A stretch of DNA of 32,000 bases. Source: Candidatus Caldarchaeales archaeon. GTDB lineage: Archaea > Thermoproteota > Nitrososphaeria_A > Caldarchaeales > Calditenuaceae. How positions within the stretch are numbered: position 1 is the stretch's first letter; each line of letters begins with the position of its first letter. Below, in pieces: positions 1-8,401 of this stretch. The position numbers were made by a program, and so were the translations under genes. The stretch spans positions 1 to 32,000 of the forward strand of contig JAVVGN010000014.1 of the NCBI GenBank assembly GCA_032249095.1, written 5' to 3'. Below the pieces are notes generated by a model. The model had not been told where the DNA came from, searched no databases, and saw only the letters and a list, made by a program, of their open reading frames with translations.

Positions 1-81
1 AAACTCCTGCAAGTCGTCGGGTTTTTGAAAGTGGGTGACGGCAATTAAGCGGACAGTGGGTTCACGAATCAACGCAGCCAC
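1..81 (-). CDS. hypothetical protein, first 27 codons only (gene runs off the left edge)
   Basis: GTG at 81-79 on the minus strand. GGAGGG (complement of 91-96) lies 9 nt upstream, directly after the stop of the 84..284 ORF. The frame stays open to position 1 (VAALIREPTVRLIAVTHFQKPDDLQEF). Confidence 0.3.
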   Translation of the reverse strand, partial: MAALIREPTVRLIAVTHFQKPDDLQEF

Positions 82-83
82 CT

Positions 84-284
84 CTACGATCCCTCCTCTC
101 CACCCTGCTTGGGTTGCTTCTTTAAATCAGAGGAATCGGCAGAGATCTCACGACCACAGACAGTGCACCGCCACCCACCCAATTTGCCCGACGGCATGCG
201 GGGGTTAAATACTCGCATCCCCTTCCCATATTTCCCATCCTGATATTCGTGCCGACAAGTGCACGACGCTATCTTAGGAAGCAT
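84..284 (-). CDS. small zinc-ribbon protein (66 aa)
   Basis: ATG at 284 with GGAGGAG about 11 nt upstream (complement of 296-302). Two Cys pairs (CTC...H and CTVCG) are typical of a zinc ribbon. No family recognised. Confidence 0.55.
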   Translation of the reverse strand: MLPKIASCTCRHEYQDGKYGKGMRVFNPRMPSGKLGGWRCTVCGREISADSSDLKKQPKQGGEEGS

Positions 285-329
285 CCCTCACCCATCTCCT
301 CCGTGTCAAAATCTCAAGTGGTGGCAAAA

Positions 330-1058
330 ATGCTCATCTGGTTTAACCGACCAACCTATATTATACTTCGTAGAGATGTCGTCCAATGGCTACGCCTCGC
401 CAAAGGATGGCTGGAACCCATCCTGCCCAACCTCGTCGTCGGCTGGCGCGGAATAACGACCAAACACCCCCTCCTCGCCCAAAAGCCCTACAAGCTGGTA
501 GGGGTTCAACCAATGTCAGAAGAAGAAATCGCCGCCTGTATGGTCTACTACGGCTCTGATAAGCCAACCTACGCCATCACCGCCCTAAACTCCCTCCTAA
601 AGATAACTACGATAGTCAGCAATCCCAAAGAAGGCTACGCCGTCCATCAACTCCATCCTTTTACCTACTTTTTTGTCCTGCCAGAGCCAGCCCCGCCGCC
701 TGATATCGCCAGCGGCGGGCAAAAACCACTGGCAGAACTCGCCCTCTTCCTCCCCTCCGTCCGCCAACAGCGCCGAAGACTTGAACCACTCACCACTTAC
801 TTAAGCACACTGCTAACAATTTACTACCTCCTCAGCCCGACAGATGCAAGGATAGAAGACGTCACAATGCAGCTGCGGGGAAATATCATGGAAATAATCC
901 AAACCACGACTCCCGAAAATTTCCTGTGGGCCATTTGCTTGGCAATCGCGGTAAAATACGAATGGCATACTGCTATCCCGCCCGCCCACATGGCGGAGGT
1001 TCAGTGGGCAACCTATTGCTATTACCAAGCATTACACACCCTTCAAATTCGGAGGTAA
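330..1058 (+). CDS. hypothetical protein (243 aa from ATG 330; ORF opens at 249)
   Basis: Long ORF with protein-like composition. The start at 249 would overlap the divergent 84..284 gene, so ATG 330 (GGTGG 5 nt upstream) is preferred. No recognisable motif. Confidence 0.5.
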   Translation: MLIWFNRPTYIILRRDVVQWLRLAKGWLEPILPNLVVGWRGITTKHPLLAQKPYKLVGVQPMSEEEIAACMVYYGSDKPTYAITALNSLLKITTIVSNPKEGYAVHQLHPFTYFFVLPEPAPPPDIASGGQKPLAELALFLPSVRQQRRRLEPLTTYLSTLLTIYYLLSPTDARIEDVTMQLRGNIMEIIQTTTPENFLWAICLAIAVKYEWHTAIPPAHMAEVQWATYCYYQALHTLQIRR

Positions 1059-1064
1059 CGGGGA

Positions 1065-1352
1065 ATGTACCGACGGTGCTATAATAGACGGTGCAAATTA
1101 CCCGCCACCCACAAATGCGACATATGCGGCCGACCCTGCTGCCCCCTTGATTCAGAGCTCGTGCGGCGGGGCGAACTAACAAAAGAAGGAATAAAGTGGC
1201 ATGATAGCCTCCTTTGCCTAATCTGCCTAAAGCAGAAAATGAAGGAAGACGAATTAGGAGGCAAGGAATGGCTATCCACCACTATCAGGATAAAACGCCA
1301 AGTACGGCGACAGATGTACCGCGCCCCTGCCATACAGGGGGAAGCGCGCTAA
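1065..1352 (+). CDS. Cys-rich zinc-finger protein (95 aa)
   Basis: ATG 1065 is preceded by GGAGG (cggaggtaacggggaATG). Contains CxxxxC...CDICGRPCC...CLIC motifs and a basic C-terminus. Confidence 0.6.
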   Translation: MYRRCYNRRCKLPATHKCDICGRPCCPLDSELVRRGELTKEGIKWHDSLLCLICLKQKMKEDELGGKEWLSTTIRIKRQVRRQMYRAPAIQGEAR

Positions 1353-1396
1353 AATTGAAAAGCGCCAACCCTACCTCGTTTCGGAGGTGACCGTAG

Positions 1397-3985
1397 GTGT
1401 TAACCCTAGACCCACAATTTATTGAGGAGCAGGTAGCAAAAATTCGGGAGAAGGCAATCGCTAATAACGATACCCTCTGCCTGAAAATCCTCGACTGCAT
1501 CATCGAAGCAAAAGCCTTCGACTCCAAACACCGCCTCTCCCTCTCCGAACTCTCCAAGCGAACAGGCATAAACCCAGGAACCATCTACCGACTCCTGTTC
1601 GGCACCAAAAAGCACAAGGCACGGCTGCTAAAATACGGCGTCGTCACCTGGGAACGGAAAAACCGCAAAGGCAAAAGGCACGGCCTTTACCTCAAATTAA
1701 CCCCCAGCGAAAACAAAGACAAAACATTGCACTTCAAGCGGGAATTCGCCCTCCAACAACAAACATCACCCAACGAAGAAGTCCGCAGGGAAGTAAATAA
1801 GCGCCACTTCAACCCCGATATCGCCTACTTCCGACTGGAAAGAATCCTGCGCAACAAGGAGTGCATGAAAATCATCGACGCCGTCAAACGCTACGGCATC
1901 TTCCGCTGGAAATCCGCCGTCAACCTCAAAACCCTCTCTACCCTCGCCAACGTCCACCCAACTAACGCCTCCCGATATATCATCCCAAGAAAAGAAAAAT
2001 ACCCCTTCCCCCACCTGCGCGACTTCTTCAGCTGCTCCCGACGAGGAAGACAAGTCAAACTCTACGTCCTGCCCAGATGGAAACCCCTCTTCGACCTCTT
2101 CCCATCCCCCGACAACCCCAAAGTCTCCGACGAACACCTCACCCGCATGGCCCACCTCTACTTTTTTATCTTCGCAAATCATTACGGTCTTGCCACCAAA
2201 TGCGACGAATCCTGTAAATACTGTAACGAATTTGCTACAAATCTGTCTCTCTCTCCTCCCCAGCCTTTTTCCTCTACCTCCCTTAAAAATACTGAAGAAA
2301 ATCCGCAGGGGGGCAACGCGCCCTTGACCGAGTTAGATTCCAACACTGAAATCGAAATCAAAAACAACCTAAGAGAGCCCCTAGCCCTATCGGAAGAGCC
2401 GGTATTATCCCAGCCTAGCCTAGCCGAAAGCCCAACCCCGCCAGAGCCACCCCAGCCTTCGGGGGTCTGCCACCAGAGCCCAGAGCCCCCCCAGCCTCCG
2501 GCGGGCTGCCACCAAACCCCAGAACCACCCCAACCCCTGCCACCCGCCGAGCCCGCTGAGGGGGATGACCGGACCGCAACCTCCGGTTTTGAAGCGGTGG
2601 TAGCGGTTGGCCGGAAAGAAGATAACCAACAACTATCCTCTAACGACAAAAATGAAACAAAGTTAGAGGGGAAGGATTCCGTGCCTTCCAAGTCGGGCGG
2701 TGGTGCTGGAGGCGCTGGGGGTGTAAGCAGTGGCGTTGGGGGGGCAAGCGGTGACAGTGGGAGTGAGGGTAAGGGGGGTAGAGGTATGTCGGCTCTTCGC
2801 AAGGGCACCGACGGCGGTGGGGGGAGCGGAGGCTCTGGGAACGGTTCGGAGCTATCGGACTTAGACATGGCCGACCGCGAGATTTGGGAATTGGTGGGAC
2901 GGTTGACGGGGTGGAAGCAAACTGACGGCGGGGTAATTGCGAATGGTTGCCCGCTAACTTATCAGGAAGCTGTTCGGCTCCTTTGCTCCGCCCTTTGGTC
3001 TGGTGAGGAGGAATGCCTGCTGCCCTTTGGCAGCCAGGTAGCTGACCCATCGAAGTTGGGGAGGGCAGAGGATGAGGAAATCCTTGAGGGGAAAATCGAC
3101 GAGTATGAGTATGAGTATTACTGCTTAGATTCAATAGATTTTCTCCCGCCCATTCAGAAGGTTCTCGCCAGTCGGCCGAGGCGGGAGGTGGTTGTGTGGG
3201 CGCGCAACGGCTATAAGGCGCAGAAGTGGTGGTGGGATGGAAGGCACTGGTGGAAATTAGGCGAGCATGACTTCCGCGATGAGGATGGTTTAGGAGAGCG
3301 AGCCTTCTGGCACGACCCGGATCTGCCGAGTGGTAGTGGCGCTTTTGGGCTGACGAAGCGAGGTCATCGGCTCCAGCTGTGGTATAGTCTGAGAAGATAC
3401 TGCTGGGTTCTTATCGGGTCGGCGCGTTATGATAAGAAGGCGATGGAGAAGTTCCTTGCTAAGATGCTCCGTCATCGGCGGCGAGAGTATCTCCGAAAGC
3501 GAACGGAGCCGAGAATCTGCACGAAGATTCATCCGCTGCGGAAGGGCATCTTTCATCCAGCAGAGTTAAATGAGAAGGGGTGTTGTGCCAAGTGTGGGCG
3601 CAAAGTGGCGCCTTCGCAGCTTCGCCTCTTTGACCTTCCTAAGGACTTTGAGCGGGATGTGCGGGAAATTCAGCGCAAGCAGAGAACCTCTGAAGGCACC
3701 CTCGTGTTGATGTATAACGGCTACTATCTTTGCGATACCTGCACAAAGGAGGTCCACGTGGACATGTACCGCATCGGTCGGCGGTTTGAGCACCGTTTGT
3801 TCAAGAAATACTTTAAGGGTCGGGATTTATTTACCGAGTTAGGAATTGTGCTGGGGGTGCGGGAGCTCTCGGAAGATGAGTGGAAGAACCCCCGCTATGC
3901 GTTCCTCTATCGTCTGCGCTTCTGGCCGCAACTTTGTATCTGGCACTTGGAAAAGGTAGGAGGTTGGGGTCTCTTTGCGGGCTGA
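1397..3985 (+). CDS. large multidomain protein (862 aa): N-terminal HTH-like modules, Pro-rich and Gly-rich low-complexity linker, Trp-rich C-terminal domain with CxxC...CxxC zinc ribbon; function unknown
   Basis: GTG 1397 with GGAGG 9 nt upstream (1383-1387). HTH-like segments LSELSKRTGINPGTIYRLL and LKTLSTLANVHPTNASRYI. PEPPQP repeats and a GGAGGAGG tract. CCAKCGRK...CDTC near the C-terminus. Confidence 0.8.
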   Translation: MLTLDPQFIEEQVAKIREKAIANNDTLCLKILDCIIEAKAFDSKHRLSLSELSKRTGINPGTIYRLLFGTKKHKARLLKYGVVTWERKNRKGKRHGLYLKLTPSENKDKTLHFKREFALQQQTSPNEEVRREVNKRHFNPDIAYFRLERILRNKECMKIIDAVKRYGIFRWKSAVNLKTLSTLANVHPTNASRYIIPRKEKYPFPHLRDFFSCSRRGRQVKLYVLPRWKPLFDLFPSPDNPKVSDEHLTRMAHLYFFIFANHYGLATKCDESCKYCNEFATNLSLSPPQPFSSTSLKNTEENPQGGNAPLTELDSNTEIEIKNNLREPLALSEEPVLSQPSLAESPTPPEPPQPSGVCHQSPEPPQPPAGCHQTPEPPQPLPPAEPAEGDDRTATSGFEAVVAVGRKEDNQQLSSNDKNETKLEGKDSVPSKSGGGAGGAGGVSSGVGGASGDSGSEGKGGRGMSALRKGTDGGGGSGGSGNGSELSDLDMADREIWELVGRLTGWKQTDGGVIANGCPLTYQEAVRLLCSALWSGEEECLLPFGSQVADPSKLGRAEDEEILEGKIDEYEYEYYCLDSIDFLPPIQKVLASRPRREVVVWARNGYKAQKWWWDGRHWWKLGEHDFRDEDGLGERAFWHDPDLPSGSGAFGLTKRGHRLQLWYSLRRYCWVLIGSARYDKKAMEKFLAKMLRHRRREYLRKRTEPRICTKIHPLRKGIFHPAELNEKGCCAKCGRKVAPSQLRLFDLPKDFERDVREIQRKQRTSEGTLVLMYNGYYLCDTCTKEVHVDMYRIGRRFEHRLFKKYFKGRDLFTELGIVLGVRELSEDEWKNPRYAFLYRLRFWPQLCIWHLEKVGGWGLFAG
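2441..2545 (+). repeat. imperfect 39-nt in-frame tandem repeat (about 2.5 copies) encoding PEPPQPxxxCHQx
   Basis: Unit 1 at 2441-2479 (ccagagccaccccagccttcgggggtctgccaccagagc). Unit 2 at 2480-2518 (ccagagcccccccagcctccggcgggctgccaccaaacc). A degenerate, internally deleted third unit starts at 2519. Confidence 0.8.
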
Positions 3986-4017
3986 CAGAGTTAATTTCGG
4001 CGCCGAAATTAACTCTG
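3986..4017. repeat. 32-bp perfect palindrome CAGAGTTAATTTCGGCGCCGAAATTAACTCTG, copy 1 of 2
   Basis: Exact reverse-complement symmetry. It starts 1 nt after the TGA of the 862-aa gene. An identical copy lies at 16291-16322. No flanking T-tract. Confidence 0.9.
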
Positions 4018-4081
4018 CGGGGGGCTATCGGACTTTCTCGACCGTGTCATTGAAGGAGATTGTCTGGCTGTTCTGCGCCAA

Positions 4082-4495
4082 TTGCCTGACGAATGCGTGG
4101 ACATGACATTCGCCGACCCTCCTTTCAATTTGGGCAAGCAGTATGACTCCTACAACGACCGAAAGCGATTGGACGAGTATCTGAATTGGTGCAAGGCGTG
4201 GCTTCATGAGTTGGTTCGGGTGACGAAACCGACAGGTTCTATCTTCGTGCACAACATTCCCAAATGGCTCACTTACTTTGCCACCTTTCTCAACGAAGTC
4301 GCTTACTTCAGGCATTGGATAGCGTGGGACGCACCAGGACAACCTTTGGGCAAAACCCTTTATCCCCGTCACTACGGTATCCTTTACTACACCAAATCGC
4401 CCAAAGGCTTCAAGTTCTATGACTTGCGCTTCCCTCATCCACGATGTCGCATTTGCCAAGCACCTCTCAGGGACTACGGCGGCAAAAACCCTTAA
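4082..4495 (+). CDS. DNA methyltransferase (beta-class N6A/N4C, N6_N4_Mtase type), N-terminal fragment ending at a frameshift
   Basis: Catalytic motif IV DPPF (FADPPFNLGK) and the zinc-ribbon-like insert CRICQ...YGGK. The frame is open from 4013 and encodes the conserved IEGDCLAVLRQLPDE, but it has no ATG/GTG/TTG before TTG 4082. It stops at 4493-4495 just after the A5 run at 4484-4488. Confidence 0.8.
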   Translation: MPDECVDMTFADPPFNLGKQYDSYNDRKRLDEYLNWCKAWLHELVRVTKPTGSIFVHNIPKWLTYFATFLNEVAYFRHWIAWDAPGQPLGKTLYPRHYGILYYTKSPKGFKFYDLRFPHPRCRICQAPLRDYGGKNP

Positions 4496-4935
4496 TGCAC
4501 CCTTTCGGTCCTTTGGTTTCCGATGTCTGGACGGGCATTCACCGCATCCATCACAAAGTTCGCCGTGACGAACACCCATGCCAACTGCCAGAGCACTTGT
4601 TGGAGCGGTTGATTTTGATGTGCACCGACGAGGGCGACATCGTGTTAGACCCCTTTGTGGGCACAGGGACGACGGCAGTAGCAGCGAAAAAGTTGGGGCG
4701 CCGCTTTATCGCCATTGACATTGACCCCAAATATGTGGCGATCGCCCAGCGGAAACTGGGGCGAGTTCAGCCGACGAAAATCGGAGACTGCTATGTGAGC
4801 ATCTACCTCGATCGGGTCGTCACCATCCGAGATAAAGACTGGGAAAAACTCCGTCCTTTCCTTGAGACGCAAGAAGGCGCAATGGGTTTGTGGGGCGACC
4901 AACCAACAAATTCGCCTTTGCTCTTTGGGGACTAA
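4444..4935 (+). CDS. DNA methyltransferase, C-terminal fragment (AdoMet-binding motif I)
   Basis: HPCQLPEHLLERLI and DIVLDPFVGTGTTAVAAKKLGRRFIAIDID form motif I (FxGxG) after motif IV, which is the beta-class order. This frame is -1 relative to the 4082 ORF. One extra A in the A5 run would read YGGKKPLMHPFGP continuously. Confidence 0.8.
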   Translation: MSHLPSTSQGLRRQKPLMHPFGPLVSDVWTGIHRIHHKVRRDEHPCQLPEHLLERLILMCTDEGDIVLDPFVGTGTTAVAAKKLGRRFIAIDIDPKYVAIAQRKLGRVQPTKIGDCYVSIYLDRVVTIRDKDWEKLRPFLETQEGAMGLWGDQPTNSPLLFGD

Positions 4936-5474
4936 ACTTGGATGAGGAATGGTAAGAGCGGCCGAACATAGGGGAGCATATCGTCGATGGCATCTGGCTT
5001 GCTTAAGCCGAGCCATAGGTCGGCGGTTTCAGGGACGTTGGTTACGCCCCGTATGGGGTCTACGACACAGGTGACCTCAAAGTGTGACCCCAACATGAGG
5101 GGGACGGTGACAGCCTCTACCCGAAGCGGATTAGGGATACCTGTTACGACGATGATATCCCCACCAGCAGGACCTGAGTAAGGCATATCTTCCCCCGCCT
5201 CAAAGGCTAAGGGGATGAGAATTTCTTCGCCTGTTATTTTGTGGACGAACCGTCTGGGGATATAGACGGTCATCGTTTGCGAGGCGGTTATGTAAACATG
5301 GACATCAGTTGCATTGATCCTATCTTGGAGGCTGTCTACAAGGCACGGAGCATTGGCTATAATGATGGCGGTATCTTCATCTCGGCCCGTTGCGACCCTA
5401 ATCACGCAGCATTTCCTTGTCAGCCGAAACCAAAAAAATTGCTCTTTAGGGCGGTAGTCTTTTAGGTCCAGCAA
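4932..5474 (-). CDS. hypothetical protein (180 aa)
   Basis: TTG start at 5474 with GGTGAG 6 nt upstream. Its stop overlaps the methyltransferase stop (ctaa). No motif recognised. Confidence 0.45.
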   Translation of the reverse strand: MLDLKDYRPKEQFFWFRLTRKCCVIRVATGRDEDTAIIIANAPCLVDSLQDRINATDVHVYITASQTMTVYIPRRFVHKITGEEILIPLAFEAGEDMPYSGPAGGDIIVVTGIPNPLRVEAVTVPLMLGSHFEVTCVVDPIRGVTNVPETADLWLGLSKPDAIDDMLPYVRPLLPFLIQV

Positions 5475-5521
5475 GGCGACTCACCGTCAGAAATTTTAAA
5501 ATTCTACTGGGTGATGCCCTA

Positions 5522-8401
5522 ATGCCTATTGAGCTCCTTTTGAAGGCACGGATTTATCCAATATCGCTGGTAGGGATTGCGAATAGATACAAACCGCGCC
5601 TCGAATTCTCGAGGGAAAACTACAATATTTGGAAAGTAGAGATTGCGGTGGGGGCTCTATCTTCTCTTTTGGAAGAGCTTTGGAAAACGCAAAAGGAGCT
5701 TTTGAGGTATGCTCAGAATCTTCCTCAATTGTTCGAGGCGACGGGGTATGATCCTTATTTTATTCAAACCGACTGGCCAGCCTTAGTACCTCTTGCTTTA
5801 GCCGTTCACTTACACGGGAATTTCTCTTCCCCAACAGAGAAAGTAGAAGGCGGTTTGGTTGAGTTGTTCAAGGAAAAGTTAAAGAATGCAATAGAGGCGG
5901 TAAAATCATTAAAAGTAAGTAATGCCGATGCATCTAAGGCAATAAACGAATTTCTCTCACTATTTCGTGAATGGGCGAAGAATATTGCTCAGGATCCAAA
6001 TCAAAGACTGGATTACAATGACATTCTTAACGAGGTTAATAGTAAGCTGGGGAATGTTTTTCCTGTTGAGGAGGTTCGTAGGCATATTGCTGCCTTCGCT
6101 TCGGACCTTCTGCGATTGGTTTCTGTAACTGAGGAGGAGTTAGGAACCAGTTTTCAAGAACCCATCAATGAATTTTTTAGCCAAGTGAGAGGGACTTATG
6201 TTAGCTATCTACAGAGCAATGTATGGTTCAATATGGCCCCCTTTAATTCCATTGAAAATCAGGACTTGAATCAGTTTTCATTTGAGTTTTTCCCGTGGAT
6301 ATTGATTGTCCGTTATTATCTTAACAAGATGACGGGGAATGTTCAGGGGAGCCTTTGGAGACAATTGATGGAAGACCCTAATAAAACTTTGGGGGCTGGT
6401 GCGACTTGGGGATCCAACCTCCCTGCTCTGTTGTGGGGTAGCCTTTATCCCTCGCAGCGGGAAGACACATCACCGACCGATGAGAGGATTGCTGAAAAAG
6501 CAATTTCCTCCCCGTCAGTAATTGCTCCGCTTGTTTCTGGAGCAACCTCAGTGGGCAAGTCTAAATTGACTAATTTGTCTTTAGCGACCACGGTGGCAAA
6601 TGACATTGCTGTTCTGACAACAGGAGTACCGCTTGGTCTTGAAACTGCAGAAGTTCATCGCCGCAACTATCCGGGCCAATTGAGTGGGATCGTGGATTGT
6701 TTGAAGGACGTCTTGGTTTTTGTTTTGAGTTCTCTTGAAAGTTCGAAAGATCCAGCAGTTACTTTAGCTACTTTAAAAGAAATTTTAGAGAATCCAAAAA
6801 CTCCCACGCTATCATCTTTTCTAAAGAGTCTGTTAAATATTACATCTATAGATAGTATTAAGGAAGAGCAAATTAACGAGTTTAAGCAAGTTTTGCGAGA
6901 GAAAGTCAATAGATTAGAGGACTTAGAGAGGCGTTATTCTCAGCAACAAGATCGTTTGCGTAGAGCTTGGGAGTTTGTCAGCGAATTTGGTGAAATAATT
7001 GGGTGGAAAGTGGGATTTCACGAAGACGTGGACAGAATGATAGAGAATATTTTCCGGATGTTAGTAGAAGTGTCAGCAAATTATCGTAGTTCTGGATGGA
7101 GAAAATCTCTTTGGCCCCTTGCCTCTAGAGCTTATAGGTTTTTCGGCAGCCACATAGCAGTGTCATACGGTGCTCCTACTAATGAGTCTGAGGCGACTGG
7201 TTCCTTAGAGGGCGTGAAAGGTCCTCGTGCAGCTATGCTTCGGTTTGTAGACACTGTGCTGGGCACTACCGCGTCGCCTCCGCAGGAAGATGAAGATCTT
7301 TTTAGGCGGTTCGTTAACGCTATTAGGGAACTTCATAAGGTTTTAACTATGATAGCAGCTGCAAGGGATAAAAGAGCTGTTTTAGGTATTTCTTCCGCCG
7401 GGTGGAAGAGTGAACTCGATAGTCGATTGAAGGAAATTGGGTTAAGTGTGGAGGAAATTGTCAAAAGTGATAATGTCGAGGATCTTTATGAGCAAGCGAA
7501 GGCGAAAGGGGTCCTTACTCGAGAGAAACTGGAGGAAATTTTCTCATGGTTTAGGGGAATTGTGGAAAAAGCTTGGGAAAATCTTGCCGACAAAGCCGCG
7601 AAGCGAGTATCGCGGGTGGTCAAGGGACTAAGCTTGACGACGATGCCTCCTGGGGAGTTGTCGGAGTGGTTGGCAACGTTGTTTAGGGCTGCGCGTGTGG
7701 AGCAGTATGGGACGGTTTCCATTGCAGAAGAGGTTCGCCGTGAGGGATCTGAAGAAGGTGGTGAGAAGTCCGTTATTTTGGAGGCACAGACAATTGCAAC
7801 TACAGAAGAAATAGAGGACTCTCTTCGTAAGATATTGGAGGCGTTCGCATCGGCGCATAAGGATGTAGGGAATATCTCTTCTCTTTTAGGAAATTTTGCG
7901 GAGGCTTGGGATAAGTATGTCGCTGAAATCGGAAGGAGCGAGATAACGATTGATTCGGTAGAGTTCGGTGAAATAGTTGGTAGGGTGCTTGAGGAGCTAC
8001 TGAGACAAGGCAAGGTACATAAAGACTTCGTTAAGGATTTTGTAATATGGTTGTATAAAGTTAAAGGAGGTTCTATAGCGGGACTGGAAAGGTTACCTAA
8101 CTTACAAGGCATAGTTGGTGAAGCTTTGGAGGGACAGGGTGAAGAAAAGGGAGGGGTTGAAGAGCCTTCAGAGTCAGAGGAGGTGGAGGAAGGGCCGGCA
8201 CCACCATTTGGGCCTGAAGAAAGCACGTCAGCTCCCTCCGGTTTGGAGCAGGAGAGTAGTTCAGTTTCTCCTTATGGTTCAAGCGAACCTTCTGAATTCA
8301 AAACAGAGAGAAGAGAAGAGGAAGAGAAAAAAGAAGAAGGGGGAAGGCGCCTCCTACTTAAGTTTGTCTTTTTAGCGAAAGCGCTGCGAGTCTTTCCTTA
8401 A
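5522..8401 (+). CDS. large, mostly helical hypothetical protein (959 aa) with acidic/Lys-rich C-terminal tail
   Basis: Uninterrupted 2.9-kb ORF. ATG 5522 has GGGTGA 8 nt upstream. The E/K/L-rich composition suggests helical repeats or coiled coil. The tail is EEVEEG...EEEEKKEEGG. Confidence 0.75.
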   Translation: MPIELLLKARIYPISLVGIANRYKPRLEFSRENYNIWKVEIAVGALSSLLEELWKTQKELLRYAQNLPQLFEATGYDPYFIQTDWPALVPLALAVHLHGNFSSPTEKVEGGLVELFKEKLKNAIEAVKSLKVSNADASKAINEFLSLFREWAKNIAQDPNQRLDYNDILNEVNSKLGNVFPVEEVRRHIAAFASDLLRLVSVTEEELGTSFQEPINEFFSQVRGTYVSYLQSNVWFNMAPFNSIENQDLNQFSFEFFPWILIVRYYLNKMTGNVQGSLWRQLMEDPNKTLGAGATWGSNLPALLWGSLYPSQREDTSPTDERIAEKAISSPSVIAPLVSGATSVGKSKLTNLSLATTVANDIAVLTTGVPLGLETAEVHRRNYPGQLSGIVDCLKDVLVFVLSSLESSKDPAVTLATLKEILENPKTPTLSSFLKSLLNITSIDSIKEEQINEFKQVLREKVNRLEDLERRYSQQQDRLRRAWEFVSEFGEIIGWKVGFHEDVDRMIENIFRMLVEVSANYRSSGWRKSLWPLASRAYRFFGSHIAVSYGAPTNESEATGSLEGVKGPRAAMLRFVDTVLGTTASPPQEDEDLFRRFVNAIRELHKVLTMIAAARDKRAVLGISSAGWKSELDSRLKEIGLSVEEIVKSDNVEDLYEQAKAKGVLTREKLEEIFSWFRGIVEKAWENLADKAAKRVSRVVKGLSLTTMPPGELSEWLATLFRAARVEQYGTVSIAEEVRREGSEEGGEKSVILEAQTIATTEEIEDSLRKILEAFASAHKDVGNISSLLGNFAEAWDKYVAEIGRSEITIDSVEFGEIVGRVLEELLRQGKVHKDFVKDFVIWLYKVKGGSIAGLERLPNLQGIVGEALEGQGEEKGGVEEPSESEEVEEGPAPPFGPEESTSAPSGLEQESSSVSPYGSSEPSEFKTERREEEEKKEEGGRRLLLKFVFLAKALRVFP

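Noticed and set aside
249-329. Upstream-most starts given in the ORF track for 249..1058, 21652..22605, 22566..23042 and 25188..27191
   Set aside because: Each would overlap a neighbouring gene substantially. Internal ATGs with SD sequences or stop-start coupling (330, 21823, 22605, 25221) fit better.
2182-2868. 228-aa Pro/Gly-rich minus-strand ORF, with 1766..2182, 2420..2632 and 2640..3134 also on the minus strand
   Set aside because: They lie antisense to the 862-aa gene within its GC-rich, low-complexity repeat region, where stop codons are rare in all frames. They have no SD and biased composition. These are shadow ORFs.
3050-3985. C-terminal domain of the 862-aa protein as an archaeo-eukaryotic primase (CLDSID, RGHRLQLWY and HPLRKG as motifs I-III)
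   Set aside because: The motifs are only loosely similar (DxxD rather than DxD) and could arise by chance. This needs HHpred or structure prediction before any claim.
3986-4017. The 32-bp palindromes as CRISPR repeats, MITE/IS ends or att sites
   Set aside because: There are only two copies, 12.3 kb apart. There is no spacer array, no target-site duplication, no transposase or integrase, and no flanking similarity beyond the 32 bp. A canonical intrinsic terminator is also doubtful because there is no U-tract on either strand.
4484-4488. Programmed -1 ribosomal frameshift in the methyltransferase
   Set aside because: The site (GGC AAA AAC) is not an X XXY YYZ slippery heptamer, and no downstream structure was noticed. 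A one-base homopolymer miscall or a pseudogene is more parsimonious.
4025-4579. 184-aa minus-strand ORF
   Set aside because: It is antisense to the methyltransferase, whose DPPF and FxGxG motifs identify the plus strand as coding.
7486-8226. 246-aa Ser/Pro-rich minus-strand ORF, and other short ORFs inside 5522..8401
   Set aside because: It is antisense to the uninterrupted 959-aa ORF. Its low-complexity S/P/T composition is typical of the reverse frame of an E/G/K-rich gene.
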